Assembly (NCBI GenBank): GCA_951406725.2
Contig: OX597826.1
Span: 60,264,001-60,328,000 of the forward strand
Reading direction: 5' to 3'
DNA length: 64,000 nt
Source: Octopus vulgaris
Lineage: Eukaryota
Part shown: positions 44,001 through 59,539 of the stretch, one piece after another
How the letters are laid out: each line of letters starts with the position of its first letter
How positions within the stretch are numbered: position 1 is the stretch's first letter
Translations under genes and position numbers: made by a program
The notes under the pieces: generated by a model
What the model was told of the DNA's origin: nothing
The model's input: the letters and a program-made list of their open reading frames with translations, nothing else
Databases searched by the model: none

Positions 44001-44102
<102 letters not shown>

Positions 44103-44147
44103 TCGAAAAATACCTCATATGAGAACCCAGACTCGAAATTTCCCCAA

Positions 44148-44193
44148 AACACTTGATGAGGGCTGGAGGATATATCAGCCGAAACGTTGTGTT
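44148..44193 (+). ncRNA. Minimal hammerhead, variant core UUGAUGA
   Basis: AACAC-UUGAUGA-G-GGCUG(GAGGAUAUAU)CAGCC-GAAA-CG-UU-GUGUU: perfect stems I and II, palindromic AACGUU stem III. Confidence 0.65.
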
Positions 44194-44399
44194 AAAAACA
44201 AACAAGATGAGGACAAATATCTGTCAATTGCAAATCATGTAAATAATGTACATAATTCCTCATCTCTTAAATATAGAATTGTAAAACCTATTGTAATTTA
44301 GACTTCTAACCCTAGAAGCATTAGGCATCAGTCTGCCGACCAGTATCCTGGTGTGTAGTCGTACGGCCACGTGGTACATATTTGTTTTGCAGTGCTTCA

Positions 44400-45000
44400 C
44401 CCCTATTCGTTGATTTTTGCGATAGCTGAAACGCAGGAGCAGCGTGCTTCCGTGAAATTCTGTTTTCTGCAGGTGAAAACAGGAGCCGAAACAGTTGTCA
44501 TGCTTTAGATTGTTTGCAAGCACACTTTAGGAATGTTCACTTGGCGATTGAAGACCGATCACGTTTAGGGCGCCCATCGACGGAATATTCATGAACTGTT
44601 CTTAGAGGACCACATTGTTGATATGTTCTTGGCCTCTGCCAAGAAATATTGAGTGAAGAATTTGCGAGCGAAAAGAGTTGCAGCAAAATTTGTGCCAGAC
44701 TTGCTCACAGAAGTGTGAGACAGTCTTTGACCAAAAATTGCATGGCCCCGCTTACTCACCTGCCCTATTCACCCGAACTTGCTCCTTGCCACTTCATTTT
44801 ATTCCCTCGGATGAAAAAAGTCCTTAAAGGAAAAGGATTTGCAGATGTGGAAGAGGTGAATAGAAAAAAGTTAAAGCGTAAAACGGCATCAATTCACAAG
44901 ACTTCCACGCCAGCTGCAAACAGTGGAGAACGCGTCTGGACCGATGGATTTGCTTCGAATGGAGAATATTTTGAAGGCGATACAAGTGTAAACATATAAA
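44400..45000 (+). mobile_element. Internally deleted mariner relic
   Basis: RVAAKFVP-like segment joined to HLPYSPELAPCHFILFPRMKKVLKGKGFADVEEV (YSPDLAPxD motif). Confidence 0.85.
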
Positions 45001-47424
45001 AATAAGTGAATAACTTGTCATGAGGCCTGTTTTTTATAGATGGTAGGTTTCTCATAATTCGTTATGTAAAATTTGTTTTCGTAAAGGTATTAAAATATTT
45101 TAAGTATCTTTCCATAGAAAGTCAATGTTTCTTTATTCATTTATGAATTTCTATGTGCCGCAATGTAGTTGATTCTTTATTCAGTGCATAATGTATTAAA
45201 TGATTAACCATGACATTCTGGAATAAGAAACATATCATTCTTTCAACGGCTTCAGATGTGTAGCACGGTAGATTCTATTTCTGTTAGCGAAAAGAAGATT
45301 TAAATGTCATTACCTCAAATATAAATAGTCCATGCGCAAACTGAACAGAAAACTTCAGTCTACATATCTTCATCACTTCAAAGTCAATTTGTTGGCAATT
45401 TCGATATCACAATCCCATCGTCAAATGCAGCAGATTCTACACATAAGATGCGGAAAAATATTTCGTGTATGGCTATGTGGTACGAAGTTTGCTTCTCAAC
45501 CAGATGTTTCCGGCTTCAGTCCCTCTGCGTGGCACTGTGGGCGAGGATATTCTACGATAGACCCGGGCCAGGTAAAGCCTTATGAGTGGATTTGGTAGAT
45601 GGAAACAGAATGAAGCCCATTGTACACACACTCGAAGTGATTTCCGTACATCATTAAAGTCACTTTTCTGTTTCTCTAAAGCAATTTTCATTCACAAAGA
45701 CATATTTGAAACAGATAATTATGTAACTGACGAACGTTAACATAGATGCGCTAACAGCTCAAAACGTACGATGTCAGCTACAGCATAATTATATAATTTG
45801 CATATCATAGAATTTATATCTACAGGCACACATATGTGTCTGTATGGTCGTGTGTATGTTTGTGTGTGTGTGTGTATTAGCGCGTGAAATTGCATGCGTG
45901 AACATATGTATAAAGAGACCGGTGCTTGTTGAATGAAAACATTACAACGATAAATCCTCATCATCCACTACGCAGCTGATGGCGAATGAGCTTATCACTT
46001 CATGGCCAAACAAAATTTATTGGTGTATATCTATTGAAAATACGTAAGCAAATCAATAAATGTATTTGCCTACAAATGGAAACAGCGATAGAATATCCTA
46101 GTAAAATGACACCTTAGCGCCTATACGGTATGGCCTTATTTATACGTGCATATGTCTAAACACACGCACACACACGCAAATATATACATTTAAACATATA
46201 TGCGTAAACATGCGCCCATAGAGAAAAGGAAGGCATACATAAAAAATCACGCTTGCAGATAGACACATATGCGAAATATCTACGTGTATATATATATATA
46301 TATATATATAAATATATATACATCTCAGCTTATGCGCACATATGTACAACTATAATGCACATGCACATGAATGACGATTTTATGTGCATAAGTACATGCA
46401 TATGACATATACATACATATATAAATATATGACATATATATACATATATGTAAATATATATATATACACACATATACATACATATATATACACGTATAAG
46501 TACATGCAAATACATGCACATACATATATACAGATATATACTGATGTGTACATATACATACATATATATATATATATATACGTATAAATACACAGAAACA
46601 TATATGTATGTGTGTAGGTGTATGTATGTGTAGATATGCATATACGAACTCATACCACATATGATCACCAATTTACACATTTATGCAAATATGCATGAAC
46701 ACAAATATGTGAATGGATATATCAGAGTACGAAAGTGATTCATTATGCTTGTAATTATGCACCTATCAAACATACACACCACAATATATTAACAGACACT
46801 GGTACACGTATAAATGTGTTGAAAAGTATAATGATAGATACCGCGGTGCTAATTTTGGTCGTATCTTAGCAATAGCAACTCTACTTTAGTACTTTAGTCC
46901 ATATTTACACATCCTCATCAATATAATTCGATATAGAAGTAAATATATCTATTTACTTCTACATGCATCTTTATCTGTCTATGTTCCTCTCCCACATTAA
47001 TGCATATATATAAATACATATATATATATACATACATACATACAAATATATATATATATATGTCCTATATGCATAGATATATATCATGTATACGTGTGTA
47101 CATTTCACCATTTCACTTCGTATATGCTTACGAATAACAGACAGAATGGAAGGTAGAGAGAGCGAAAGTAAAACTGATAGTTATTTAATAGTATAGAATA
47201 GTGAAGTGTAGGTAAATTTAACAGCATCTGCATAGCTTTGTAATTCTACTTGGTCGAGAATACTACTTACAAAATTTGATTATATGCATACACACACTCA
47301 TAAACACTCACACACTCACACACACACACACACACGCACACACGCACTCACATATATGCATCTATCTACATATATTAAGATTTACACTCATGCAAACGCA
47401 TATACATGTGCAGTTATCAATACA

Positions 47425-47480
<56 letters not shown>

Positions 47481-48294
47481 CATTTATACATTTATACATA
47501 TATATATATATACACACATACATTTACATTTATACATACATGTACATTTATACATACATATATATATATATGTCTATATACATATATGAAGACATACAGT
47601 CATATACACACCTATATACCTGTGCAGTTATTAATTCATATATATGTAGTTGTGTGTGTGTGTATACTTAGTAAATTTTATCCAATTCTCTCTTGTTATA
47701 TGTCATGGTTATCAGTATTTGTTCAAGAATACAACATATAATTATGTCGTCTGCAGGTCAGCATTGATTCCATTACAAACTTGTCTGGTCCATACATTCT
47801 CTTACATCAATGTTAGTCGTCTGGTTTTTATTAACATTTCTACGCTATTTTACTATTATTTTACTATTATATTATTTCATTACTTTTTTTTATTCTCTTT
47901 CATTTGCTTTATTGTTTGTCTCTTTTCTATTTGTTGAATTTCTTTTATATTTAGTTGTTTTTTTTTCTTTCCAGAAATATGAGTGAATGCTTAGTTATTT
48001 ATACGTTGTGTATTTTTGGTAGATATATATAGATATATAGTTACGTAGTTATTTATTGCTAATATTTTTTTTTTTAAATACAAAAGCAGACCAGATATTC
48101 TCTTCAATTGTTGCTCAGAAAATATGATATCGTTAGATATTAAGGTTATGGAAGAATGATAGAACAAATAAATAAAATTATGAATACGAAAATGATATAT
48201 CCATGAGTGTGTGTCTTTGTACGTGAATAATGTTCACGCGTGTATGTGTGAGTGCATATTCCTATATGCATAAAGACATACATAACATACATGC

Positions 48295-48328
<34 letters not shown>

Positions 48329-48829
48329 TATATAGATGGTTAAATAGACGGATGTATCATTTTATTTATATAACTGCCATATCTACCTGAATCTGCTTTT
48401 TTTAATCTCCTTCATTTCAAGGGTACACGCATTCTCATACATGCGTATACATATATTTACACACACATATTCATATATAACCAATGTTATGCATTCAAAG
48501 ATTTCAGTCATTGGAGTACTGTCTTCGAAGCTTTGGTTAGATAATATTGATAGATAATATCAGATAATCAGTAAATGTTTAATAGGTCAATATTAATCGA
48601 GATGTTGTTACCTGTTACGTATATAAACTGAAACGTCGTCTTGCATACATACTGACAATGACTCAAATCTGGTATACATAAATATAGAGCACATATAAGT
48701 GTGTATGAGAGCACATATAAATATAAATGATAGCACATATAAGTGTGTATGTGTATGTGAGTGTGTGTGCGTGCGTGTGCTCATTTTGGCAGAATAACAC
48801 TACTTGTTGCAAACAGATAATGTGTTAGA

Positions 48830-49842
48830 AACAGTTGCAACGTGCAAACATTGAATTCTCGACGAAATTGGTTTTCAAGCAGAAGTTATTTTTTTCGTTT
48901 TTCTTTTTACAGTAAGAGCAAGAAAAGGTTGCACATATGGTTCAAGTTGTTTGAAGAAGAAATCAACACTGAACAAGAAAAACACATCGCAGAACTGGAG
49001 TCCGTCAACTGCAATCACTGAAATTTATCGCCAGCGAGTGGACGAGTTGATTTTCACAAATAAACGAAACCTAAAGCATGATCTTCTCGCATACCTGAAC
49101 TGTGACCACAATGCATTGCTCAAGATTGTAAAAGAATTTGAGTATCGGAAATTGTTTAAGTACAAAGTGGGTTCCTCAGCAGCTGACATCTCATTTGAAC
49201 GACAACAGGAAGGTCTGCTCTGAACTGCGGGGAAACGTTTTCCTTTTTTCAAAAGCAATGACAACACGATTCTTTCGATTTAGTAGACGATACATGGAAA
49301 TAACTACACGATTCGGAAACAAGGATTCAGCTCATGTGTTTCTGTCACTCCACTTTTATAAATACTAAGAAGTACAAAGCAGCAATCAGCATAGAAATTG
49401 ATGGTGAATAATTTGTTAGATGGCATTTTCCTTCATTATATGGAAAATATCTGTGTTGTGAACAGCAATCAATACATTGAGGCATTCAAAAGACATAAAA
49501 GCGCCATTAGAGGGAAGGGATCGAGCAAGCCCCTAAACATATTTAAATTGAGGTTGCGTGACCATACACATACTTATGGTCTTGCATCCACTGTAAATCC
49601 CGAATTTCTTCCACCTGTTCGGACCGATGGAAATCAGTCTAATTATATAATGATTTGATGACACAAGCGAGATGAAACTGGCTATAAAAAGTGTAAAGAT
49701 CTTTATATACCAGATCTTTAAAGAAGATTCGACTGTTACGCACAACAATGTTACAAATGCATCGATTGCATATTAAATTTGGATATTAAATTTATATAGA
49801 GGTGTTATGAAAAACGAAAAATGTTTGAACTATCCTTGTCTG
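48830..49842 (+). mobile_element. Highly decayed mariner relic
   Basis: STKWVPQQLT (WVPxxL linker) and a terminal tttgaactatccttgt resembling a mariner TIR; many frameshifts. Confidence 0.6.
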
Positions 49843-51821
49843 TTAACAAAAATATTACGACTAGTTTTGTAAAACTTGAGGTAGAACATACGTAAATTGT
49901 TTTCTACGTGAAGAATATGTGTATCATAGAAATGTGAATTCCATTAAATATTACTGTCCTGCATCGTGGACATGTTTATTTGTTCTTTACTTATCTATTA
50001 GTTTTCAATGAAAAATTCTTAACTTCTAACCTTCTTGCAATTAAATTGTTTATGGTTTTCTTTAATCTTTTAGTTCATTTAGGCAAACGTTTCAATATAT
50101 TTTGTATATAGTGTTTATATTACTAGTGGATTTAATTTCGATTTATGTTTCTTAAATTTATATAGTTAAACGCATTTTTACGATGGAAAATGAAAGGAAA
50201 TAGAATAAACAACGGGATCTGCTTGTGAAAATTTGAAGGTTATCAGTAGCATTTAAATGTTTGGTCTCGAAGACTTACATCTAATCTGGACGTTTCTCTA
50301 AGTATGCATGGACTCAATATCTAGAAAACTAGAGGGAAAAATGACACGTAAGATGCCTGATACAAATACATAATTACCACATAAACACATAAATACATAC
50401 ATATGCATATATACACATAAACATATATAGACACACAAACATACATATATATATATATGTATGTATGTGCGTTTGTTTATATATATATATATGTATACAC
50501 ACGCACACACATATATATATATATATAATTATAATGACATGTTGATACATAGATGTATAAATACTTATATATGTATATAAATACTCACATGCATACGCAA
50601 TTTAATGCTATCCATTAAATTCACGGCAACTCATCGCTGTCACGTGTAATTCTTCAATTGTTAACCATTACTAAACATTTGATTAATAAACCGAAAATAG
50701 AGTCAAACGCTCCGTCTAATTGGTTGGCTTTCACTCGACCAATAATTGATTGGAGGTGCCATAGCAATTTAATTAGATTCTAACTTAATTGTCACATGGT
50801 TCTTATTGATTTTGTTTGTGATTTTACTTTGCTTCAATTTGCATACTATCAACGCACTATTTCTAACTTAATTGTCATTATATGCACGCGTTTATCTGTC
50901 TTGATACGTACGTCTACACTAACATACATCTGAATATGGGCATACTATACATATATATATATATATATATATATGCATATATATATCACGACTCACGTAT
51001 ACATACACACAGGCATACATGCATACGTGTATATATATATATATATATATATATAGATATAGATATATAGATATATAGATATATAGATATATAGATATAT
51101 GTATGTATGTATATATATATATACATATATATATATATGCATATATATACCACGACACACGTATACATGCACACAGGCATACATGCATACATGCATGCAT
51201 AAATATATACATACATATATATATTTGTGTGTATATACAAATATATGTTTACTTATACACATACGTTTATGTATATGTGTGTGTGTTTGTATGTAGGTAG
51301 GTAGGGGGGAGGGAGAGAGGGAGCGAGGTAGAGAGAAGGAGGGAGGGAGAGACGGAGGGAGAGAGGGAGAGAGGGAGAGAGGGAGGTAGGAATGGACAGA
51401 CGGACGGAGGTAGAAATAGATATATAAATATATACGTATATCTGCACAATATACACCCGCTACAAAACTCAATTTTTCACCCTACATACGTTTGTTTACG
51501 CACTTTTTACTCATAAATAACGCCTCTCACATTTTCTTTATTTTCCATTTCGCTCTTGTTTCATATATATACGTACGCACACACACACATACACACCTGC
51601 TCACATGCATCCGTACATACATATATAAGTGTGTGTTTGTATGTGTGTGTCTGTGTGTATAGGATTGCACACCTGCTGTAACAAATTGAGTACAAATTGA
51701 TGCAACACAATTAGATGCGCAAAGTTCTGCCGATAACGGTCAGCTACAGGATGAGTCGAAGCCATCCTCGTACTGAAAAAAGATTAGTGCTAAATATATA
51801 TTCCGTTTCCTTCATCAATGG

Positions 51822-51839
51822 TTATTATTATTATTATTA

Positions 51840-51928
<89 letters not shown>

Positions 51929-52016
51929 GGTGGTGGCGGCGGAGGTGGTGGTGGTGGTGGTGGTGGTGGTAGTAGTAGTAGTAGTAGCAGCAGTAGTAGT
52001 AGCGGTAGTAGTAGTT

Positions 52017-52078
<62 letters not shown>

Positions 52079-52094
52079 AGTAGTAGTAGTAGTA
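51822..52094. repeat. Compound (TTA)n(TAG)n(TGG)n microsatellite at the 3' end of the RLE LINE
   Basis: Direct reading. Confidence 0.95.
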
Positions 52095-52620
52095 GGTATT
52101 GTCTTTGCACAGCTTCTAAGGCTGGAGGTGTACAACAGCGTCAGCTTTTCACTACCAGTGAACTAATGTAACGACCCTCAATTTTCGAGCACCAACCGGA
52201 GTATTCGAGCGGTTCCAAGCAGTGCTGTCTTCTGCAAGTGCTCCACACTTATTGCAGCCCTCCTTTTTTCCCATGTACTTCTCAAGATTTTTACTCACTA
52301 TTCCCAGGGCTCCGACAATTATTGGTACTACTTCTACATTTTTCAGCGACCATAACTGCTTAACCTCACAAGCTACCCTGTTATATCTATCGACTTTTAT
52401 TTCTTCCTTATCGCATACCTTGTTGTCAGCTGGGTAAGATATGTCTATGATCCAGGTTCGTTTGTTTACTTTTTCGATTATCTCTATGACTGGTTTTCTA
52501 CTCTCTATCTCATGGTCGCACTGAATCATAAAATCCTATAGGATCTTTGCATTATCATTTTTTGTGATGCCTTCGTATTTATGTTCGTACCACATCTTCG
52601 CTTTGTCAAGTTCAAGTATT
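52095..52620 (-). mobile_element. R4/Dong-type LINE 3' fragment (restriction-like endonuclease domain)
   Basis: WYEH..KIL*DFMIQCDHEIESRKP...IIDISYPAD..EEIKVDRY...LW...VVPIIVGALG; runs into the trinucleotide repeat. Confidence 0.88.
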
Positions 52621-52759
52621 GATGCAGAACGTCCCACAAAGGCCTGTAATCCGCTCCTTGGATTATCCACCCTCATAGATGAGGTAGTGACGTCAAGGAA
52701 TAAGTTGCACCTTGAGAAAGCATCAGGTAAAGAAAGGATTTGAACTAACATCTTGTGCC

Positions 52760-53830
52760 TTGGATGTAGTCGCATCACGTTGAATCGTCGCGAGGTGAAC
52801 AGTGTAATCTGGAAGATGTTGTTATTCCCAAAGTTTGGAAGGATTCCTTTATCCTCCTCAATAAAGCCAAGGTAGTTGGAATAAAGTGTAGCAACCTTAG
52901 ATCTATCGCTCTACTGTCAGCTTCTGTCAAGATTCTGTCATGCATTATTCTTAACTGAATAAATATTTTGTAAATGACGTCCTATCCGATTCTCAATGTG
53001 GATTCCTTTCTTATAGACGAACAATAGATGTGATTTCACCAACGAAAAATACGCAGTTAACATACTGTGAAAAGAATATGAATCTTTCCAGCTTTCCATC
53101 CCTTTAACAGAAGACTTCGACATTGTGAAGAGGGCTTCCCCGTGGAAACTACTCGGCAAATTTGGGTAACTTTGTATCGATAATTAAAGTAATTAACGGT
53201 GGGATGGTGACGTTTCGATGTCGATGGTCACACGGTTGGACCCTCTCCTGGAAAGAATGGCGGCAAGCAAGGTAACATCATTGATCAAACTCACTTTTTC
53301 TAGTGTTATGCTGTTAGCCTCAATCATGATGTTCCAGCGGATTATTCTTCTGAAATATAATATGAAGTACTGATCTTCTGGTGAGCACTTCAACTTGCGT
53401 CGATTTGCTGCCAATTCAATTTCTTTTGAATCTCTTATTTCAATCTCTCATACGTGGCATCCGTATTCCATTTTACAATTTTGTCGTCCGTACAGTTGAA
53501 GATAATCAAATTTTCATGGATTGTATTTCTGCATCATGCAAGGTGTTGGGTTTCAGTATTTGCCTGGAAAGATCTGTTGTAATGTCCTTGCCTGCACCAA
53601 GAAAATCGTAAGGAAAACCAGCTGCCTCAGTATATGAAATAGTACCGAACGTGGTAGACAAGATTCTCTGCATCGATAGTACACTTAGCAGTTCTTGCTC
53701 TTTAGTTGATGAAATATTTTCAAGTCTTCGGAATACAATCGATTCTCTCCAGACATTTGAGTCTCGTATCTAGCCTCAATATAGCATCACAAGATGAACA
53801 AAATTCTGTGTCACTGCTTTACTAAAGTGA
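52760..53830 (+). mobile_element. Decayed RTE (BovB-like) LINE RT fragment
   Basis: CSNLRSIALLSASVKILSCIILN and LTEDFDIVKRASPWKLLGKFG match RTE NYRGISLL..GKIL and DLTKAFDTV..LW..L.KFG. Confidence 0.75.
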
Positions 53831-54745
53831 TTAAATATGTGTTTGTGCGTGTGTATGCCTGCGTGTGTGTCTGTGTGTGCGTGTATGTTTCTATTTGTGT
53901 CTGTATGTTTATGTATCATGCATTCAAGTTTGTATCTATCTATGTATGTATGCACGTATGATGTGTGTTTGAAGCCGTCAGATAATCTTCTTTTATTGGT
54001 TGACACCGACGACTGCACGATTTGTAGTGTGTAGACATTAGTAGTGCTATAGATTATAATCGAAGTCGTTGTCCGTTTGCATTTTCTTGGTATCATTTAC
54101 CTTGCGACTGCACTGTAGTGTTGTAAACCTCACGTTGTCCTATTCTCTTTTTAAATATCTGTCTAAATCCAGCCCAATTTGACAATAATGATTTACACTT
54201 GCACGTATTTCTCGGGATTCATATTTAATGAATTGGGGTCCCTATTGCATGTATCAGTAAAACTAAATAGTATCCAATGAAACTAAGCAGTTTAGTGCTC
54301 TATAACAGAAGAGAACATCGAAGAACAATTCATTTGGGGAACTCAAATTTTATTAGCACTGCACGTGAGCTAGACAATAGAAACGTCATAATTAGACTGT
54401 ATGAAGAGGCTGGGTTTTTAGGGTCCTGTTGGGTACGAGACTTTCGGTAAGTGATTTATCTATCACCTGTCTCGTGTTTTATTGACAATGACTTTAAGAT
54501 GGTGATTTTGTCTGGTGTATTCCAAGGTAATTATTGTAGATTCTTTAATTCCAACAATTTAGTTCTATTTTCGTCGATTTCTTTCTTCTGTTGCCCATTT
54601 TACCAATTTAAACACATAACGAGTGAATTACGTTAAGATAAGGATACATGTGACCGTGGATTACATATGTACAGAAATGCATGTAAATATATGTACATGT
54701 ATGCATATATGTATACATATATGTGTGTGTGCGTGTATAAAAACA

Positions 54746-54781
<36 letters not shown>

Positions 54782-55281
54782 TATGCGTGTGTGTTTAAGC
54801 AAATTTTCGTGTCAACTTACATACACAAATACATACATACATACATACATACATACACACATACGTAGATGTACATACATACATCCCTTCAGGCGTATAT
54901 ACTTAAATAGGTACGTATAAATACATACATAGGAGGAAACAAAGAGTTGTTCAAAAATAGCAAGCATAAAGCAAATAAATATATTCCAAATGAAAATCGT
55001 TACCAACAAAAACAAAATAATAAAATAGAAAGAATACGGAGTATTGAATTGTATTGATACACTACTCAAATTCATACGATAGAGAGAAAAAAAAAGAAGC
55101 AATATAATCAACATAGATTTACACATTTATTGTCTGTGAATGTGAGAAATACTAAAATAACAAAAATGTTAACTGCAATTTCGACGTCAATTCAGATAGA
55201 ATTATTCACTTTAAGGAGCACTTATTCCTACAAAAATTGAGAAAGTTCTAATTGCTAATACACTGTGTGATATGCAGGTGC

Positions 55282-55323
<42 letters not shown>

Positions 55324-56033
55324 AGATAAGTACATATAAATGTTATAAATATGCACGCACATACGCACACGTATACGCACATACACTCAAACACATACAT
55401 TCACACACAAACATATACACATACACAGAGATATGTATGTGTATATATATATATGTCGAAGATGTATATATATATATATGTCGAAGATGTATATATATAT
55501 ATATATATGTCGAAGATGTATAAATATATATATATACACAAGGGCACTATGTGAGCACCAGCACTGCATAAAATAGAAGTCAAAAATACTCCTGTGCGAC
55601 TGTATAGTCATGATTATATTCCTTTAGTACACTTGTATAAATGTATATTATTAATTTTGTTTGTGCGGCTGACATTCGTTGCCACCTGTGAGGGTATTTT
55701 GCTAGTACCGTCACTCTTATGTTTACTTATAAATCACTTCACCTGTTTCATATGTTTAACTGGTGTTTTACCACTTCAAACGAATTTACAGGTAAGGTAG
55801 TAGAAAATTTCACAGTCGTTGGCTGGCAGGTTTCGCTGCCGTTTGGTGGTAAATTCGAAATCATGATATCCAGTTAACCAGCATTACTTTTGCTAAACTA
55901 GCAGAGGTTGGACGTTATCATTGTTCACTGGAATTCTTTACTATCATGCTTGCATTAATCTTATACTTATTCTGTGGCACACACGCATTTTGAATTTCTA
56001 TTGTTAGCGATGCAGGTTCTCACGTAGTACCCT

Positions 56034-56096
<63 letters not shown>

Positions 56097-56103
56097 GTAC
56101 ATA

Positions 56104-57380
56104 TCAGGTTGGCGCAAAGTTAATGGCCGATTTTAAGGTCTCAATTAAAAAGGTAAAAGCCCATGTTTAACAAAATATTTAATCGTTAGCATAATTTCCA
56201 TTGCTTTCTAGAACTCCATTCCATTTGGCAACGATCTTATAAACGCCACGATTGTAAAATTGTTGAGATTTCGATGCGAAATATGAAAGCAACTCATTTT
56301 CAACCACTTCTATTGATGTCAACCTAAGACAATGCAAATGGTTCTCTAGTCCCTAAAACAAATGATAATCAGAAGGAGCAAGGTCAGGAGAATATGGGGA
56401 ATGAAGGAATATTTCCCAACCAAACTCTTCCATCAGACCTTTGGTCAGTCTAGCTGTGTGAGGACGAGAGTTATCATGGTGGAAGATAACGCTCTTTCTG
56501 TTGACTAAGCAGGGCCACTTTCTGTTCAAAGCTGCTTTCAAACGATGAAATCGATTACAGTAGTGATTAGCAGTATTTTTTTTATTGTTGTTTAACAGTT
56601 CGTAATGGACAATTCCTTAAGTATCCCACCATACACTCAACATCATCTTCCTTGGATGAAGCCCTCTGCTTGGTTGTTGAACAAGTCTTCCTCCTCGACT
56701 GACACGCAAACTGCGGCGTTTAACGTTATAGTAAAGAATCCACATCTCATTACCTATGATAAAACATTCCTAAAAATAGTCCCTTAAGGTGTCGTGAAAG
56801 CAATGACTGACAACAAACCACACGCTGTTGTAGATTCTCTGGGGACAGTTCTTGCGAGACCCATTTTCCAAACACTGAAACCATTCCGATCCTTTTCAGT
56901 TGGCGTAGAACAGTCGTATGGGCTACGTTAAACTGTCCTGCAAGTGCTCTACAAGAAGCGGTTGGATTTTCGGTGACAACTGATTCCAACTCTTCGGAAT
57001 CAAATTCTTTTCAACATCCTTCTTTTCGCTTGTCTTTCAAACTCAAATCCCCACTTCTAAAGTGAGAAAACCATCTACGTCAACTTTTTTCACACATTAC
57101 ATCATCCCTATAAATTCACTGAACAGACTTTGCTGCTGTGCGTGCATTGACACCTTTGTGAAACTCTTAGAGTAAGAAATGTCTAATGTGATCACTAGAT
57201 GGGATGATGTGGGTGCGAATATAGCTGAAGATTTTGGCCAATGCAATCAGAATCAGGGAGAAAAATATATAAATTACTCATTATTACATTCTGAAAACAT
57301 TGCAAGTACCAGAAGTAAAAAAAAAATTCTACCTAAAACTGTTTTCTAAAATATTGGCCATTACGTTTTCACCAACAAAT
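56104..57380 (-). mobile_element. Full-length (~1.28 kb) mariner transposon with inactivated transposase
   Basis: TIRs tcaggttggcgcaaagttaatggcc / ggccattacgttttcaccaac next to TA; WFSHFRSG, GKWVSQEL, DEMWILY, HDNSRPH and HSPYSPDLAPSDYHLF (DD34D type) with stops and frameshifts. Confidence 0.93.
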
Positions 57381-57393
57381 ATATATATATATA

Positions 57394-57438
57394 CACTAGT
57401 GGAGGTAAATACCAGCCTTACATGCACATTTAATAAAT

Positions 57439-57475
<37 letters not shown>

Positions 57476-57476
57476 T

Positions 57477-57521
<45 letters not shown>

Positions 57522-57567
57522 ATTTATTAAATGTGCATGTAAGGCTGGTATTCACCTCCACTAATGT
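57394..57567. repeat. ~50 bp inverted arms enclosing (TA)n
   Basis: tagtggaggtaaataccagccttacatgcacatttaataaattatgta pairs with tacataatttattaaatgtgcatgtaaggctggtattcacctccacta. Confidence 0.88.
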
Positions 57568-58288
57568 TGGTATTTTGATAGAACTATCATTCTCTTATTT
57601 ACTTATATACTGTAGATGTATATATATATATATGTGTGTGTGTGTATGTGTGTGTGTGTGTGTATGTATTTATGTATGTATAAATGTGTGTAGGATGCCT
57701 GTGATTATTTGTGTATGTGTATATACTTATATATCTAGACAGCCTGAACATTTATGTTATTTAAATGAAAGCCTGTTATGGACGTATATACTTCTCTATG
57801 TATATACATGTACATCTGTATTGCGTATATATGAAGTTTAAGTTCTTTATCCTTGTTATATATACCTGTGCTGTATATATATAAGCAAGTACATATGTAT
57901 GTGTGGTATATATTATATTGTACATCTGATAGAATGAGTTTGTATGTAAACGTTTGGGTTTATTTATCCGTGACAAAAACGTATATATATTTATATGTAT
58001 ACGCATACATAAATATGCAATCAAACGCATAGACACACGAGGGGACACAAATACACACATATAGATAATGGAGAAAGAACTGAGGGGACGGTAGAGAGAA
58101 GTGATAGAGAGAGACAGAGGCAGCGATATGTGACAATGAGATTGCTGGAGAGTAAAATTATTTGAAAGATAGCAAAACGGCCACTACATTTCACTACACA
58201 CACACACACACACAAAATACAAGCACAAACAAACACACATACACACACACTCACACATGCATAAATGGACATAGCCATTTTTGTATGC

Positions 58289-58360
<72 letters not shown>

Positions 58361-58783
58361 GTATATATATATATTTATATATATATATATATATATACAC
58401 ACACAAAAGAGAGGGAGAGTGAGAGGCTAAGAGAGAGAGAGAGAGACATGCTCATTTTTGTATGTTTGTACTAGGGAGGTTGAATGAAAGAGTGTGAGAG
58501 AGACAGACAGACAGAGAATTAATTATGCCACGAATAACATTCACACCTCTAGAGGAACCTAAATATAAAAGAAAGCTATTTAGCATTATTAATGGTAACA
58601 TGTTTTTCATATTATGCTTAATATAATATATTTTTTTCATGTCCATATTCCTGGAAATAATAGGTTTCTGACAAATGGTGTATATTAAATTATATTTCAT
58701 AGATGTCTATCACTGTGCGATTGTAAATATACATATATGTATGTATACACATGCTTATACGTATATATACATGTGTATATATG

Positions 58784-58826
<43 letters not shown>

Positions 58827-58849
58827 ATATATACAAGTATTTATGTATC

Positions 58850-58882
<33 letters not shown>

Positions 58883-59539
58883 ACGTATATATATATTTAT
58901 AAATATATGTATATTTATATACATACATATATATACATATATATATATGTGTACGTATATATGTATTTATATACTGAAGCATCTGTATGAGCGTAAATTT
59001 GTGTGGGGAGTTGTGTGGGGAGTATTGTCTGGACTGTTTCTTGGTTATATATATATTTGTTTTTAACTCCATCGGTGTTGCATGTATGCATATATGATTT
59101 ATATTCACACACATTTATGTTCTTATATAAATAAGGATATATTTGTGGCAGTGTAGGCGTGAGTTTGTGTTTAGTTTAGACTACGAATTTTGATTTTTTA
59201 ATGTTTCTAGTTCAGTTGAACTAACACATGAACAACATCACTGTACACACACGCGCACACACACATACACACACACACACATGCACAATATGCAAATATA
59301 AATGTGTGTGTGTGCGTACACTCACATGCACACACTCACACACGCACATACACACACACATATATATATACATATTATCTGAATTGTATAGTGTTAAATA
59401 TCTATGACGGCAGATCTTACCAATCGGTTTCGCGTAAACAATACAATGGAGTGTTAAGTAACAATCCGATTATATAACTTTATGCTCATCAGAGTTAGCC
59501 AATGCTATACCCATTCGTATAGGAGTGCATTTTCACTGA

